Source: Eledone cirrhosa (lineage: Eukaryota). From it: a stretch of DNA of 64,000 nucleotides. This document shows positions 14,050 through 29,544 of this stretch, in pieces. Every line of letters starts with the position of its first letter. The stretch's first letter is position 1. The stretch spans positions 67,208,001-67,272,000 of the forward strand of contig OZ024746.1 of assembly GCA_964016885.1 (NCBI GenBank). The letters are read 5' to 3'. Position numbers and translations under genes: made by a program. The notes under the pieces are model-generated. The model was not told the origin of the DNA. It worked only from the letters and a program-made list of their open reading frames with translations, and did not search any database.

Positions 14050-14310
14050 TATTCTCGGTCTATTTTTATTCATATATATATATTTTATTTTATCATATAT
14101 ATATATGAATAAAAATAGAGAGAAACAGGAAAAGTCCGTAATCAGTATTCTGCTGATTCTCATTTCTATTTCTTCGCATTAAAGACTAGATACCTAATAT
14201 CAATGAGAAACAGCAGACTACGGATGACGGACTTTTCCTGTTTCTCGGTCTATTTTTATTCATATGGTCATATTCGCAACAACGCAGCACGCCATTTTTC
14301 TTTCATATAT
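14050..14310 (+). mobile_element. Fold-back unit (family G) in (TA)n
   Basis: Arms ~14103-14165 and ~14202-14265 are reverse complements; tail gcaacaacgcagcacgccattttt also occurs at 22706-22732. Confidence 0.6.
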
Positions 14311-15652
14311 ATATGTATATATATATATATATATATATTAAAATAACAGATTAATATATATATACATATACTGACAAAATTATATTGATATTTAGAAACA
14401 CATGCAATAATTTAAGATAGGCTTCCAGTGGACAACTGCCTCACAGCCAATATTTTACTCTATCAGATATTTTCTCTGAGATTAATATGTTTTTTTTTTT
14501 TTTGGGACTGGCAGAATCATCGTTATTACTCCATTTGTAATTCTATCTTTCACTGAAATGTTTTATCTTGATGTTTATTTTATCTAGAAAGTATGATTGT
14601 GAAACAAATACGTCGACAATTGTGAGATGAACATAGCAACATAATTCTTGCATTTTCTTGGCAGAAACTTTAGTACTAAAATAAAAATTGATAGTAATAT
14701 ATCAGTATTTTGAGATAATATCATATGATTTTCTACCAGATTAATCTATCTATTGGGGTAAACATCATAGATTACACTATATATCTAAACACCAAGTTGT
14801 AAAAACATGATTATAGTTTGTAAATATGGATTCGTGTTGGAAACAACATTCATGTTATCTTAATAAACACGAATTAATATAATATATTTAATCATAAAGA
14901 GAAAGGGAAAATGAAAATCAAAGCTAGCTGTCGAGATTTGAAAGCTGTTGTATTTGGAAAACCTGCAAAAGCACAAGATATTTGAACATTAAATTCATAT
15001 CTAAAATACTGAAAAACTTTTGTGGTCATATAATGCAAGACTACATAAATTTTACTTTTACTTTTTTTTTTGTAGGAAAAATATAAATTTCTGAAAACGA
15101 GTATCAAAATAATGATATCAGTGTAGCTTAAACAAACATAAAACGTGAAAGAAATGCAGGAAATTATATTTCAAGTGTGCAAACCTGGGATTTTACACAG
15201 AACATTTAATAGAATATATTTATACAATAATCAAAATTGCATTTCTACAGAGATTCGACTGAAAATATGCTAAACTAGTTTACGTGCTAACTCATATTTC
15301 TATATTCTCATGCAATGAATTCGTGTAATACTACAAAGATATAGCTCTTTAGATATTGTATATTTAGAAAAATATTTTATTGAGAATTAACGTTGATAAA
15401 AATGAAATCTAAAACACAGAAAAATAAATATCCATTAATGTAAGCATTTTGAAAACTATTTCTGGTTCCACAATAACGTATAATCATATCAGAATGTATA
15501 AGTGCGGCATTTCAAAGAATTCAAGAAATGTAATTGATATTTTGAGGCGCTGTTTCCCAATAATTTAAATTATTAATAGTGTCATGCATAACCATAATAT
15601 CCGTTTTCATACCTAACTAGACACACACACACACACACATATATATACATTA

Positions 15653-15690
<38 letters not shown>

Positions 15691-16089
15691 ACATATATAT
15701 ATATATATATGTATATATAAATATAAATATATATATGTATATATAAATATGAATATGTAAATATATATATATATATGTATATACATATGTGTGTATATAT
15801 AAAGAGAGATAGATAGATAAATACTACATACATACGTACATAGATAGAAATCTGTTTGGTAGGAGGTGAGAAATAGCATGTAATTGGGGTTTAAATGTCT
15901 ATATTTCATTTGAGCAATGATTTGTGCTAAATTCTAATTAAGCCTGTCACTTTTACTCCTAATTCTCTTTTGGTATATATAATTTTTATATTTATTTTCA
16001 ACTCAATTTTGGGTTTAATTTGCTTCCTGACGAATATACATGGTTCATACTCTCTCTCTCACTTTCTCTCTCTATATATATATATATAT

Positions 16090-16143
16090 TTATTAAAATA
16101 ACAGATTAAAGTTTAAGCAAAGAATCTTCAAATTTATTATTAT

Positions 16144-16148
<5 letters not shown>
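16090..16148 (+). mobile_element. Minimal family B insertion: inverted arm joined to the last ~25 nt of the tail
   Basis: ttattaaaataacagattaaagtttaagcaaagaa + tcttcaaatttattattattac, between (TA)n tracts; both parts match 18628-19035 and 20823-21045. Confidence 0.65.
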
Positions 16149-16209
<61 letters not shown>

Positions 16210-16277
16210 TCCTCTCTCTCTATCTCTCTCTCCCCCCTCTCTCTCTATCTCACTTTCTCTCTCATAATCTCTCTCTC

Positions 16278-16392
<115 letters not shown>

Positions 16393-17025
16393 GAAGTGTA
16401 TGTCAAGAGGTTAAAATTAACTTCGTTTATTCATATTCGCTGTTATATATCCGTTTCGGTGATAATCATTATGCAGCAGCTATGATCTCACCAAACATTT
16501 AGAAAAAATTATTAAAATATGATGGAATAAAGATTACTTCTGTTATTTCCATGTTTTTATACGGTGAGTGTTGAACGTTTGTGTTGTTTTATCAAAGCAC
16601 TAGTCTACATACATATGAGAATTTGAAATCACTGACACTATAATTAAAATAAGCCTTCACCATGATATTTCTCGTGACAAAATTGGTCTGTCAGGTTTCT
16701 GAATAGTTTCAGTCTACCTGTTTTGCCCAAAGGGCTAAGATCGACCCAAGGTTAAACTAATCAACATTTAGTCTCGCTATCAAGCTGTGTGGCCAAATGC
16801 GCAGACTGATGGCCGAGAAGAGAACTTCTTAAAATCCGGCCATGCTGTATCCATTAATAAAATATGGGGAAATTGCGGTGTAAGTATAGTTGTTTATAGG
16901 TCTGTTCTTTCACGTCTGGCACGTGGATATTCAACAAGATTATATCCCTTTTATTTTATTTCTAATAAACGCTTCGTGTGGTGTCGAACATCGTCCAATA
17001 TACTGTCATTATTTAATAAACTGTA

Positions 17026-17218
17026 GGGCGGTGGATGGCAGTATCGGTAGAGGGTCTGACGTCATGCTTTGAAGTTACGGCCCTTGCCATTCTGAGTTCA
17101 AATTCCACCGAGGTTAACTTTGCTTTGCCTTTCATCCTTACGGGGTCTATAAAATAAAGTACCAGTAATACACTGGGATAATTGCTGGCCTTGTGCCTAA
17201 AGTAAAAACAATTATTTA
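17026..17218 (+). mobile_element. tRNA-derived SINE (same family as 9214-9392)
   Basis: A box TGGCAGTATCGG, B box GAGTTCAAATTCC, conserved core and tail. Confidence 0.85.
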
Positions 17219-18429
17219 ATGAACTGAAATGTTGTTATGGAGTTACTTTTTTACATTTATTTCAACAAACCTTCCTAGATTTGAATATGATTATTAATCG
17301 ATCATTGTATGGATGTGTTGAATTGTGTGAAAATGTGTGTTGCGTGTGTACCTGCTTGCTGTTACAGGAAAGTCATGATCTGGCTTTATTCCGTCTAATA
17401 TGAATCAAAAAGCTGTAATTTAGTAAAAGAGCAATTAAATAGACACAACCGGGAATCAGTCATTAAAATGTAATTGAGCACATCAACCATACGTGTACTA
17501 AAAACGAATGAGTTTATGGCTATTATCTACTCTCCAACTCCCTTTCTATGATCATTTTCGCTCTTGCGTGATATTTCTATTAGAAATCACTACAAAAGTT
17601 TATAGCGAATAAAATATGACCATTACTGCATGCTTTTATAACAAATAATTAAGGGAACAAACGAAACTCATTTGTTTCAAGATTGGATTCTACTAAAACA
17701 AATTTTAATTAACCTTACAAGGGGTATTAATAACTGCCAGTAGTTAATTTGTTGCTTGACGGAGTTTAATGGAATTCGATACAATCGATAGAACATGGTG
17801 GATTTTAAATGTGATAATTATAAATGTCCTATATGTAATTTGAATAAACACAACAATTTGATGTGATTTGAACATACTGATGATAGTGGAGTAACGATTG
17901 AATTTTAGTGGATTGATTTTCAGGTAACATATCCCACGTTCAATTTCCTTTTATTTCTTGTAGTTTAGCCCTAGGATAACATTGATCATGTAGGTATATG
18001 GTCAAAGATAGTCATACCATGATAATCCCATATACTAGAGTACATTTAACAAGAATATCTATAATGTATTTTCTCATCAGTGACGGTTGGGTGAGATGGG
18101 GTGGTCACCTGGTTGCCATTTTGCAAAGAAAATAACCAAAAAATAATTAAGATTTACGAAATTATACATAGATAAATATTTTATTAGATGTGCCTTAGTT
18201 TCACATCTAGTAAAGGCTCCTTGTCAAAAAAGAAAATGAATAAAGATCAATGAAGAGCTTACAGTTCCAAATACTATAATTATGAAGGCATATCTCCATG
18301 AAAAATTAAAAATTAATTCCATTTTCTTTCTTAGGAATTATCCATGTTTTCACAAATGCATTTTATGTAAAAATGCATGTGCGAAAACACCTGTCTTTTA
18401 TATTAATATCATGTATGTTTATGCGGGTG

Positions 18430-18498
<69 letters not shown>

Positions 18499-18527
18499 AT
18501 GTATGTATAGATATATACATATATGTA

Positions 18528-18612
<85 letters not shown>

Positions 18613-18627
18613 ATATATATATATATA

Positions 18628-19030
18628 TTTATTAAAATAACAGATTAAAGTTTAAACAAAGAATACGACCTCTTTTATACCATAAACGTGGTTCTGTCTT
18701 TGCGCGTAATTGTTTTTCACCGCTCCTATTAATGACGTATTATTCGTTTTTTCCTGTTCTTTGCCAGCGAACGTCACCATGAACCAAAGTATCGTCTTCC
18801 TGTCTTCCTCCGGTTGCAACGTTTTTTGAAATATCCAGTTCTGCGTTTACAGATTGACTTTGTTAGTTTCAGAAGATCCCGTTAAAGGTGAAAGGAACGA
18901 TTCTTTGCTTAAACTTTAATCTGTTATTTTAATAAATATTTGCTCTTCGGTTCTTTTATATCTGATATATATTTTCCTTATCGAGCCCTGTTTGGATTTT
19001 AGTCTTCAATTTTATTATTATTACTATTAT

Positions 19031-19035
<5 letters not shown>
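18628..19035 (+). mobile_element. PLE-like end (family B) with short inverted 5' arm
   Basis: 18628-18665 is the inverse of ~18898-18935; body matches 61138-61500 on the opposite strand; (TA)n on both sides; CAGAAGA-tcccgttaaaggt-GAAA motif. Confidence 0.7.
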
Positions 19036-19082
<47 letters not shown>

Positions 19083-19149
19083 ATGTTTGTATATATATAC
19101 ATATATATATATGTATGTATATATATATATATATATATATATGTTTTCG

Positions 19150-19271
<122 letters not shown>

Positions 19272-19992
19272 TATACGCTTCTGCACCGGCATCTCATCCC
19301 ACATGTGTTCGTAGGTTCGGAACACTTTCTAACCGTTGAAAGAAATCAACTAATTGACATAAAAGGATCACTTGACATATGTGCACGTGTCTTTGTGTGT
19401 GTCTATGTGTGTGTATGTGTGTCTATGTGTGTATCTGTGCGCGCGTGTGTCTGTTACCCCATTTTGTCTTTTTTTGTTTTTCAAAACCAGAAGGAGTAAC
19501 ATATAAAGACCAGAAAGAAGAGGCGGTACAAAAGAGGATAGATAGTGAGGAGGTCACAGAATGTGTGACTAAAGATCTTCAATACACAAAGGAATAAGCA
19601 GTAATAAATATAAAATGAACAAGTGAAAATCATTTTATTGGCAATACTGACCAACCCCAAATATAATAAGAATATCGATTTCAACGCATATATATATATA
19701 TACATGCATACATACATATATACATACAAACAATTAGATTCATATATATTTTATTGTTTATCAGATGTAAGGAAATTGAGCATGCATTAACTGATTTCGA
19801 GGAATTTTATCATTTTGTTATGAAATATGTAATACAATAAAAGCTAAAGACCAAGAGCCAGACATTGGAACTGGGCCATGAAATCACCAACTTAGTTATA
19901 ACCGTACATCATATTATGTATGTAAAAACGTTGTATATCGACTATGGCGGAAACTGAATATTCGTGATAGTTAAAAAGTAAAAGTTACTCAC

Positions 19993-20102
19993 TTGTTGTA
20001 GAGAACAATATCTGGTAACCAGAGGAGTCTTGCTGGAATACGGACAATAGACATATCACCAAAGTCAGACTGGTTCCAACTGATACGTTCGTCTTTCCAT
20101 TC
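19993..20102 (-). CDS. Nicotinic acetylcholine receptor (Cys-loop LGIC) subunit, internal 110-bp exon (loop A region)
   Basis: tttacgtgcag|[36 protein letters not shown](N)|gtgagt; the WLPDIVLYN motif, 110-bp length and phases 0/2 match the conserved nAChR exon. Confidence 0.93.
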
Positions 20103-20183
20103 CTGCACGTAAATAAAATACATAAAGTTACATACATCTATCTATATATCTACCTATATACCTATCTCTGTATATGCATACAT

Positions 20184-20324
<141 letters not shown>

Positions 20325-20422
20325 CATATATGTATACATACATATATGTATATGTACATTCATATACTCACAAGCGTGCGCACACACACACACAGACACA
20401 GCCACACACACATATGTGTGTG

Positions 20423-20534
<112 letters not shown>

Positions 20535-20775
20535 GGGGGGAGATAAAGGTACAGAGAAGAATGACTTTAGTTAATTTAGGTGGGAAGCACCACATCATGC
20601 AGTCTCCTAATTTACAAGATGGAAATGAAATACGCTTAATCCAATGACTATTTGTCTATTACTATTGCACATCCGGATAAAAAAAGGGATACGTTTAGTA
20701 TATGCTTGCAGAATATAAAAATATAGAGATTTAATTTTTTTTTATTTTACACACACACACGCATACATTATATAC

Positions 20776-20822
<47 letters not shown>

Positions 20823-20826
<4 letters not shown>

Positions 20827-21045
20827 ATAATAATAAATTTGAAGACTAAAATCCAAAGAGGGCTCGATAAGGATAAATATATATCAAATATATAAGAACT
20901 GTAGAGCAAATATTTATTAAAATAACAGATTAAAGTTTAAGCAAAGAATCGCTACTTTCACCCTTAACGGGATCTTCAGAAGATCCCGTTAAGGGTGAAA
21001 GCAGCGATTCTTTGCTTAAACTTTAATCTCTTATTTTAATAAATA
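20823..21045 (-). mobile_element. Family B fold-back unit
   Basis: ~135-bp near-perfect palindrome 20910-21045 centred at gatcttc-a-gaagatc, plus an unpaired tail 20823-20910; (TA)n on both sides. Confidence 0.75.
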
Positions 21046-21322
21046 TATATATATATATATATAAGATTAGTAGATTACTTTATATATTGTATTCTCTGTA
21101 AATGAGGAATTTGAAAACAATTCTATAAACAAGTAAATTTCTTTAGTTTCTTCGAGATGTACAAAAACGATCTGCAACAGACGTATTCAGTCCACATGTA
21201 TGTAAATATGATAATTGAAAGATTTTTCGCTATCTTTTATTCTGCAGCAAAAGAAAGATTAACCGAATGAAGACAGAAAGAAAGATAAAGAGAGAGTGTG
21301 TGAGTGATAGTGATAGTGAAAG

Positions 21323-21372
<50 letters not shown>

Positions 21373-21854
21373 GGAGAGAGAGAGAGTGTGTGTGTGTGAT
21401 GTGTGTGAGTGAGAGAGAGAGAGGAAGAGAGAGTGTGTGTGTGTTAAAGAGAGAGAGAGAGAGAGAGAGAGAACATAAAGCTAGACGTGAAAGCAACGTA
21501 TAACATAATGGCGTATACAAAATGAGCCGAGATGACAGAAAATAGTTTTTAAAAATACTTAGGTATGTTCCCATATGTACAAACATTAACATCGAACAGT
21601 GTGTGTATTAGAGTAATATACATAATAGAAGTAATTGTCTATTTTCGCTGTCGTATATATGATTTAAACATTGTAAATTTTATATCGATTCAGCAAATCA
21701 ATGGAAACCAAACTTGCAATAATTTTATTACATTCGAGAGATATACATCATTTTGAAAACAACATATGCTTGAATGTATTTATATTAAATTATATTTCTT
21801 TATTCACGGTATGTACTGGCATGCGCACAGATCAAATATGTAGTCACACCCCTC

Positions 21855-21901
<47 letters not shown>

Positions 21902-21982
21902 GAGGATTTATCACGAATGAAACAGTTCTAGTCCTGTAGAAGCTGTTCTATATTAAAACTTATCTCTCTCTGTCTCTCTGTT

Positions 21983-22078
<96 letters not shown>

Positions 22079-22080
22079 CT

Positions 22081-22114
<34 letters not shown>

Positions 22115-22809
22115 GAGAGAGAGACACAGAGAAAGAACAATAAAAAACAACGCAAACAACGCAGTACAATACGGAAATATATTAGTTTAATACCTGAGTA
22201 GGAAAATAATCTCTACGTTTCACACGCTAGACTTTCATCAGAAGAGAACAAATAAGTAATGATGGAATAGAAAGTTAGAGATTGACACGAAGAGAAGATT
22301 TTGAGAAGTATGTACGTGTGTGTACAATCAGCCATATATATATATATCAAAGATGGTAATGCAACGGAAAGAGAAGAAGAGGAGAAACAAGTCCGTGATA
22401 TCTGTGAACTTAAGTTCGGTGAAATCATACAGAACATCCGACCTGGGTGAGATGTGAGCGAGAAAAGGATTTCACACAGGTCAAACGGGAGTAATTGAGA
22501 GAGGGGGAGTAGCAGAGAGTGAGTGAGTGAAAGTGTGAGGAAGAGGCTAGTTGAAAGAGAGTAACTGGCTATACCTCTGGTTGGTGCGAGCAATAACTAA
22601 AAAAAAGTTATTGGGACACGCAAAATAGGGTGAAGCGAGCGAGACATGTAAACAAACAGAGATGGTAATGCAACGGAAAGAGAGGAAGAGGAGATTTACC
22701 CCATTTGCAACAACGCAACACGCCATTTTTCATATATATATATATATATGAAAAATGGCGTTGTTGCAAATGGAGTACATCTCCTCTTCTTCTCTCTCTC
22801 TATATATAT

Positions 22810-23345
22810 AGCGCTCTTTACTGCTCCGGGTAACATGTTACCCAATACAAGCTGTGCAAGGTCGGATCGTCGGTAACTAAACCGCAAACCCTACCAAGCT
22901 TCTTCGTGAAGAGGTTAATTTTGGACACTATGCAGGATGAAAAACAAAACCCCTCAAAGGGTGGAGGAACTCAGGAGAGTCAAAGGTCATCCAATATCGT
23001 ATTTTTTTTGTGGAGTGAGGGACTGCTATTCTTCAATAACACATCTCTCTAGGAAATGTCACTCTGATGTAAAACCTGCGACTTCGTTTGCATCCAATGA
23101 CGTGGACCAGTTCGACTTTTTGGCTAAATGCATTCGATGTTCAGAGAATGGGATAGGCCCCGTGCAAAGCCTTTCCTTACTTAAAAAAGCTTCAAGCACA
23201 GGCATCGCTTGATATATGACATTTCCTGTGATGCATAGCATTGCTGGTAATAGAACAAGTCCATAGCAGGGCTCAAAAACCACGTTTGTGATGCTGATGC
23301 TTAAGTAACAAGCGAGGGCATTACTCAAAATCGCGTTGCATCCAT
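22810..23345 (+). mobile_element. Older diverged relative of the RTE-derived non-autonomous family
   Basis: ggtaacatgttacccaatacaagctg...ggtcggatcgtcggtaactaaac...ttttggacac...gcaggatgaaaaacaaaacc and aaaagcttcaagcacaggcat match the minus strand of 54590-55200. Confidence 0.6.
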
Positions 23346-24535
23346 CATCATATACACAAAACAAAAATCAATTCGAAATATTTAAGATGAACGAAATATC
23401 TGGACGCTAATCCTTCACCGTAAGATAGGGAAAATAGAAAAAAATGTATAAAAATAAACGGGAGTAAGAAGAGGGACAAAAAGAAAGAAATACTTTTTCC
23501 CGAGGGAAATTATGTCTGTTTATTCAGCCATTTTGTTCTAACACATGCAGAAAATCTCGTATATATGAGGTGGAATATCAGTATGTTTTAACATCAAAAT
23601 TAGCATACATAAACAATGGAAATATAAAAGTCGCTGTCAAAACAACGAACTATTACAGGCATATTTACATCTATGGAATAATATGGCTTTGGTGAGGTGT
23701 GTAGTATAGCAACCTAATAGCCGTACCTCTGTCAATCCAAGTTATATGTTACCGCTTCAAAAGAAAACAATACTGATTCTGAAGCTCTATAAGGTAGCAC
23801 TCAACTCGACATATCAATGCAACTATTTTTCCCTTATCACGTGATACAATATTCCCAGTTAAAATTATCATTTATTTAACTGCTAGAGATATTTATCTAT
23901 TTGAGTGGCTCTAAATCATTTTGTCCGCATGAGTTACTTTAGAACAATTAAATATATTCTGGCGCAATGTGTGCATAAATTATAAAATATTCATTTAAAG
24001 TACTTTGTTTATATGTTTTATCGGATAAATATTGTAACTGCATAATATATGGTACTTAATTTTTATTCAATAAATGTGTTAGAGTTATTAAGTTATTATA
24101 CATAAAATTTCAGTTTAATTTTTTCCCATTTTTGATATATTTTCTTCTCATTACAATTAGGCTTGTGATTCATAATATTCAAAATAATTACAAATGAAAT
24201 GATAATTTAATATGTAGGAGGCATTTAATATGTAGGAGGTTCAATAAATACTAATGATTTTATTCGCTGTGGCCAAATCTCTTAGTATTACAAAAAAAAG
24301 AAAACGTTACGTCTCACGAAATGCGGGGTACAATTGACATTATATTGCAAAATATGGAAAGAAGCGTATTGGCTAACCAATGCTTCATGTGAGAAAAAAA
24401 AATAATTTGGGATGTTTGACAATTAAATATATTTTTGTCTATTTGAGTACTGAATTTGTTGATAGCTTGACATCCCAAATCCACCAAGTCGACTGAGGGA
24501 CAGTCAGAAACGAAACAGAAACATACATACACGCA

Positions 24536-24573
<38 letters not shown>

Positions 24574-24576
24574 TGC

Positions 24577-24617
<41 letters not shown>

Positions 24618-25679
24618 TGTGTGTGTGTTTCAGTATGACAATGTTTGCGTGTGTGAGTGTATAAATATATGTGTGTGCGTGTATTTATATAATTGTGTGT
24701 GTGTGTGTGTGAGAGAGAGTGAGAGAGTAGGCATGTCAATCTGTCCTTGCGTGGTTTTTTTTTTTTGGGGGGGGGGTATATTTTAGAATAATTTTTAGAG
24801 GCTTTACAAGTTTAAATCAATATTTATAGTATAAAAATTCAACTGGAATGTTTATTCTTTTGAACCTGAGTATAATAACGGATGAAAAATTACAGGAAAC
24901 CGCAATAAACAATATGCTCTTTCAAACACAAGGTTTTATGTAATACTTTGTGCTATGTGTTGTGAGTATTTACAAACATTCCCAGTGAATATGTATATAT
25001 TTCTGCTAGTCCAATTTGTAAATAAAATATAGGTAAAATAATATACAACGCATTGGAAACTTTTTCAAAGCTTTTTCTAAAGTCATTACATTTTAACAAC
25101 AATCTATATTCCTTTGCAATGTCCTATTTCAAATAGATTTTAGTTTGTTTTTGTTGTTTTTTGGCAAGCGTAACATTTTTTCGTGTGTGGCAATTTATAG
25201 CATTCCTTGATTCGGAAGGAGATAAATTATCGGAACGGTACCTGCTTTTATTTTGGCTTTCCGTACTGACATGTTTACGCCATTTTAACCAAATATCGTA
25301 TAAATGTCTAAAGTATTGTCTATAGTCGATACATCCATGCCAAACACTCACTACACAGACTATACCAAGCTAGCACCGCCAGTGACATATACACATTCCA
25401 ACAGAGGCTGGCAAATGATACAACGATGACATCAGCTTGCATCGGAAAACGCTGAGTATATAGCAAATTATATGTTTTACATAATATAATATAGTAATGT
25501 AATATAATACAATATATATAGTGGCACTAAAGAGATATTAAGACTGATAGGGGTGTATATGAAAGCATAGGCTGTATGTTTAAATTAAATAAATATAGAG
25601 CCTATCTATCAAAGACTAAATATTTTTTCGTTAAGAGAAACATATTCTTCTCTATTTTGTGCTCTATGAACACGTCACA

Positions 25680-26060
25680 TATATATCCGTATGTGGTTGG
25701 CGACTGAGAGAAAAGAGTTCTCACTACTGAAGTTGAGTTTTAATATTAATTTTCTTTAGGTGAAATAGTGAGTCTTGTTACTCAGGAATTTCGCCTGTAT
25801 ATACCAGAGCCATCAGTCAAGAACTAACCTTTCGATAGCAGACAATGTATAATTAAAGGGAGTTAATTGAGAAGGGGTGGACAGTGTGGTGGTGACAGCG
25901 GAGGAAGTTAGGGCTGTGTGAAAGAAGAAGGTGATAAAGGATGATAGTGCGCATAGCCATAGTATTTTAACTGGTCAGTTGGAGGCAGGTGATGAATGTG
26001 AAGGTGTTTTATAGGGGAGTTAGTGAAAAGGTTAGTGGGGTAGGCAGTGGCTGGAAAATA
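25680..26060 (-). mobile_element. PLE end (family J) with decayed HHR at ~25773-25822
   Basis: Minus strand tcttga CTGATGG ctctg-gtatata-caggc GAAA ttcctgag TA acaaga; tail ...ccaaccacatacggatatata is shared with 51030-51050. Confidence 0.55.
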
Positions 26061-26303
26061 CATATGTATAAAATTACACAGATACATAAATATACATACA
26101 TACAAAACATATCGATTCAAACATACACACTAAATCTACATGTGTTTACACATATATAAACACAACCTATAATTATAAAAGCCACACAAAGAAATATATG
26201 AAAAATATTCAAAAAGAGATAAATAATTATAAAGGTAATAACATATAAAAAGAAAATATATATATATATATACACACATGTACGCGCATAAAAGCCTAAA
26301 CAT

Positions 26304-26392
<89 letters not shown>

Positions 26393-26418
26393 CTATCATG
26401 AAAGTTAGACCACATTGA

Positions 26419-26469
<51 letters not shown>

Positions 26470-26471
<2 letters not shown>

Positions 26472-26837
26472 CGTCTGATGGTAGTTAAGATGCTTCCATA
26501 GGCGGTATGCCGGTTGAGCACTCTATGTTCTTACAGAGCAGAGTGTGATACAATATAAAACGAAAAATCAGTGAAGCATCTGAACTCAATTTATTGTGTC
26601 TTAAAATTGTTTCGCCGGCGGACAGCTCGAGACACGATCATTGTGTGGATCTGTCTGATTCTGGATCTACAGGTTCTCTCAGTGAGAGAATTTGGTCCGA
26701 AATAATTTGACGTGTCCGTTGAACCTGCAGATCCAGAATCAGACAGATCCACGCAATGATCGTTTTCCCGAGCGTTCCGCCGGCGAAATTGTAACACACA
26801 ATAAAGTGAGTTCAGATGCATCACTGATTTTTCGTTT

Positions 26838-26845
<8 letters not shown>
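26470..26845 (-). mobile_element. Fold-back unit (family E) next to (TA)n
   Basis: Arms ~26550-26676 and ~26721-26845 are reverse complements; arm consensus ggc GAAA c-aatt-g TA agacac resembles an HHR 3' half; tail ~26470-26549. Confidence 0.65.
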
Positions 26846-26909
<64 letters not shown>

Positions 26910-27092
26910 ATATTAAATAAATGGAAACTATATTTATAAAACCATATTTATTTTATTTATTTTATAAATATAATTTCCATTTATTTAATATCATTGAATA
27001 TTTACTCCAGGAAACTGTTGAGTGCTCTAAATCAGTTATAAACATTAATATTTATATTTGTCGGATTTCCAACAGATTAAATACCCCTTCTA

Positions 27093-27149
<57 letters not shown>

Positions 27150-27484
27150 ATAATTGTTTACCAATAGTGAAGTAGAGTCGCTTTCTAACATAGATATAAG
27201 ATGTCTGTCATTGGAATTTAAACAACATCAGTTAGGTAGGTAGGTATGTATGCATGTATGCATGTGTGTACAGGTAAGGATGTTATTGTATGTGTGGATG
27301 TGGATGTTTTGAGTTACATATGTGCATGTGCATATGCTTTGTATCTGTACATGTGTATATGTAATTATTAAATGCATAATTTTGGGGATGTTTTACATAT
27401 TTTACTGTTCCAATAATGGATTGTACTTGTAATTTCCTAACTAGTCGTGTTCATTCTGTTTCTGTGAAGCCTAGATTCTCAAGA

Positions 27485-27622
27485 ATTGTACTGAGGCAGA
27501 TACTTATATATCCTAGTGTCCAGATTTGTACTGAAGCAGTTACTAACATATCCCTATGCCTAGATTTGTACTGAGGCAGTTGCAAACATATCTCAGTATC
27601 CGGTTACTAACATATCCCAGTA
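27485..27622. repeat. Minisatellite, ~40-bp unit x ~3.5
   Basis: Repeats of ttgtactgaggcagttactaacatatccc. Confidence 0.7.
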
Positions 27623-28562
27623 TGTATGTATGTGTGTGTTTGTGAGTGTGTATATGTATATATTATCATAAAACCCCATTTACTTTTTTAGATATATAAA
27701 ATATATATAAATATGTAACCCAAGGAAGACGCTATATGCGGTGCAAGCCAGAATTTGATATCATGTTGTAAAGATTCATCGACATTTTTTGTTTTCTTGT
27801 TGTATGAATTCTCCTCATTTACAATGCCAGAGTCCTTCAGATGCATTTTCCGATCCACTAGTTCTTAACTAATAAAATATTATCGAACTGAACCTATAAC
27901 AATCACAACTTTCTCCGATATATCAGAATATACACAAATTTTCGTTATTTTAGCCTCCATCTTTTATCTTTTTCCTTGGATTAATTTCTTGAATGGTTAA
28001 AGATCTTGATTTGTTTTAGTCACATCATTCACAAAACATTTAACATGTCTCTCTCTTATTATTTCTTTTAATGCTATCACCAATTTCTTTGTACTTTTCT
28101 AGAATTTCTGTTTTATTTTCTTTAGTTTGTTTTATCTTCGTTTCATTTTTATTTTGGTTTCTGTTATTTCTTTTTTCTAATTTCTGCATTCAGAGCTACA
28201 TTGAATTTCACGCTATAAAGATCTAAAATTTTAGACATTACTCATTCATGGATTTCTGCTTTCTGGATTCTTGCCAAACTTTGCTGAGATAATGGATTCA
28301 ATAACCTCATTTATGTTCTATTCCTTCTTTGCATAATTAAAAATACGGCTTAACGCAGTATTTTCTGCGCGTCCTAAATAAAGGTTTTCACGGTGCAGTT
28401 GACTTTTAAATGTGTTAACATCGGATTTGTATATGGCATTGTTTTTATTGTAATTGTTATAGCTGCTGCATCAGCAAACAGTTTTGTATATTAGCTTAAT
28501 GATATTACTAGTGTGTGACTGCATTAGTTGGAGCATTGTAGTTTTACCTTAACATTCAGGAA

Positions 28563-29544
28563 TCTGTATATATATAAAATTAAGTATGTGTGCGTGTGTG
28601 TAAGTGTGTGTGTCTGTTTGTCTGTGTATTACCTATAGGGGCCTACATCCTACTACCGATTTTCATGAAACTTTACATAGATTAGTCATCGGGGAGTGTT
28701 TTCTATATATCAGCGTATCGTTCTTTTATTCCGGGGTCATTCTGCAGATAAAAATCGATAGGGGGTGGGGGTCACCTTTTTTTAGGTATCGAAAAATAAG
28801 ATTTTTAGCTCTAGCTCCCATATTTTGCCACCGATTTCGTTCAATTTTTAATGCAAAATAGAATTTCTCATTGCACATCCTAATGGCTTTATATTTTTCA
28901 TTTGTTGTTCAGGGACGGCGTAGCAGCCGCTTAAATATTCAAAATTACCACTTTTAGACTCAAATTTCCACTTTTTCGGCTCTAGCTCCCACATTAATCA
29001 ACCTACTTTGTTCAAATTTTAAACTACGCTAGATCTGACTATTTCACGACTTAAGGTGGCTTTACATTTTGGATTTTTTGTTCAGGAACGGCGTGGCAGC
29101 CGCTTAAATATTCGAAAATACCACATTTTCGCTCAAATTTCCGCCTTTTCGGATCTAGCACTCAACCGATTTTTCAACCGATTTCGTTCAAATTCGAAAC
29201 TTCGGCTCCACCTCACACATAAATCAATTTATTTGGTTCAACTTTTATACTACGATAGAACCTATCATTGCAGATCCTATAGATGGTCAAAGGCAAAACG
29301 ATGGCCACTGACGTCGTCTGTGCTTTTAGTTGTGTATTTGAGAATTCATCGGTTTCCAATCAAGTAACGTGCCCCTTCGTCAGTCACCTGCGTTTCTCAG
29401 TGATAGAGGTCATCACCACCCTCCCCCGCATGGCCTGTGTGTGGCCATAGATGAGTTATCGAAAAGCAGTCGCTAAGATCAACACCTTTTCATCAAAGCA
29501 GATATAATTTTACCTACCCAGGCAACGCTGGGTACTGCTGCTAG
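28563..29544 (+). mobile_element. Non-autonomous Helitron
   Basis: Starts TC(tgtatatatataaaat), ends with hairpin tacccag-gcaacg-ctgggta then CTAG, inserted between A and T; internal ~170-bp tandem duplication (28910-29200). Confidence 0.8.

Noticed and set aside
17026-17110. tRNA gene
   Set aside because: A/B boxes belong to a multi-copy SINE head; no cloverleaf.
27485-27622. CRISPR-like periodic repeat
   Set aside because: Eukaryotic context, no unique spacers, no cas genes; a simple minisatellite.
27780-28380. Possible very old LINE fragment on the minus strand
   Set aside because: Only compositional hints; no diagnostic motif could be read.
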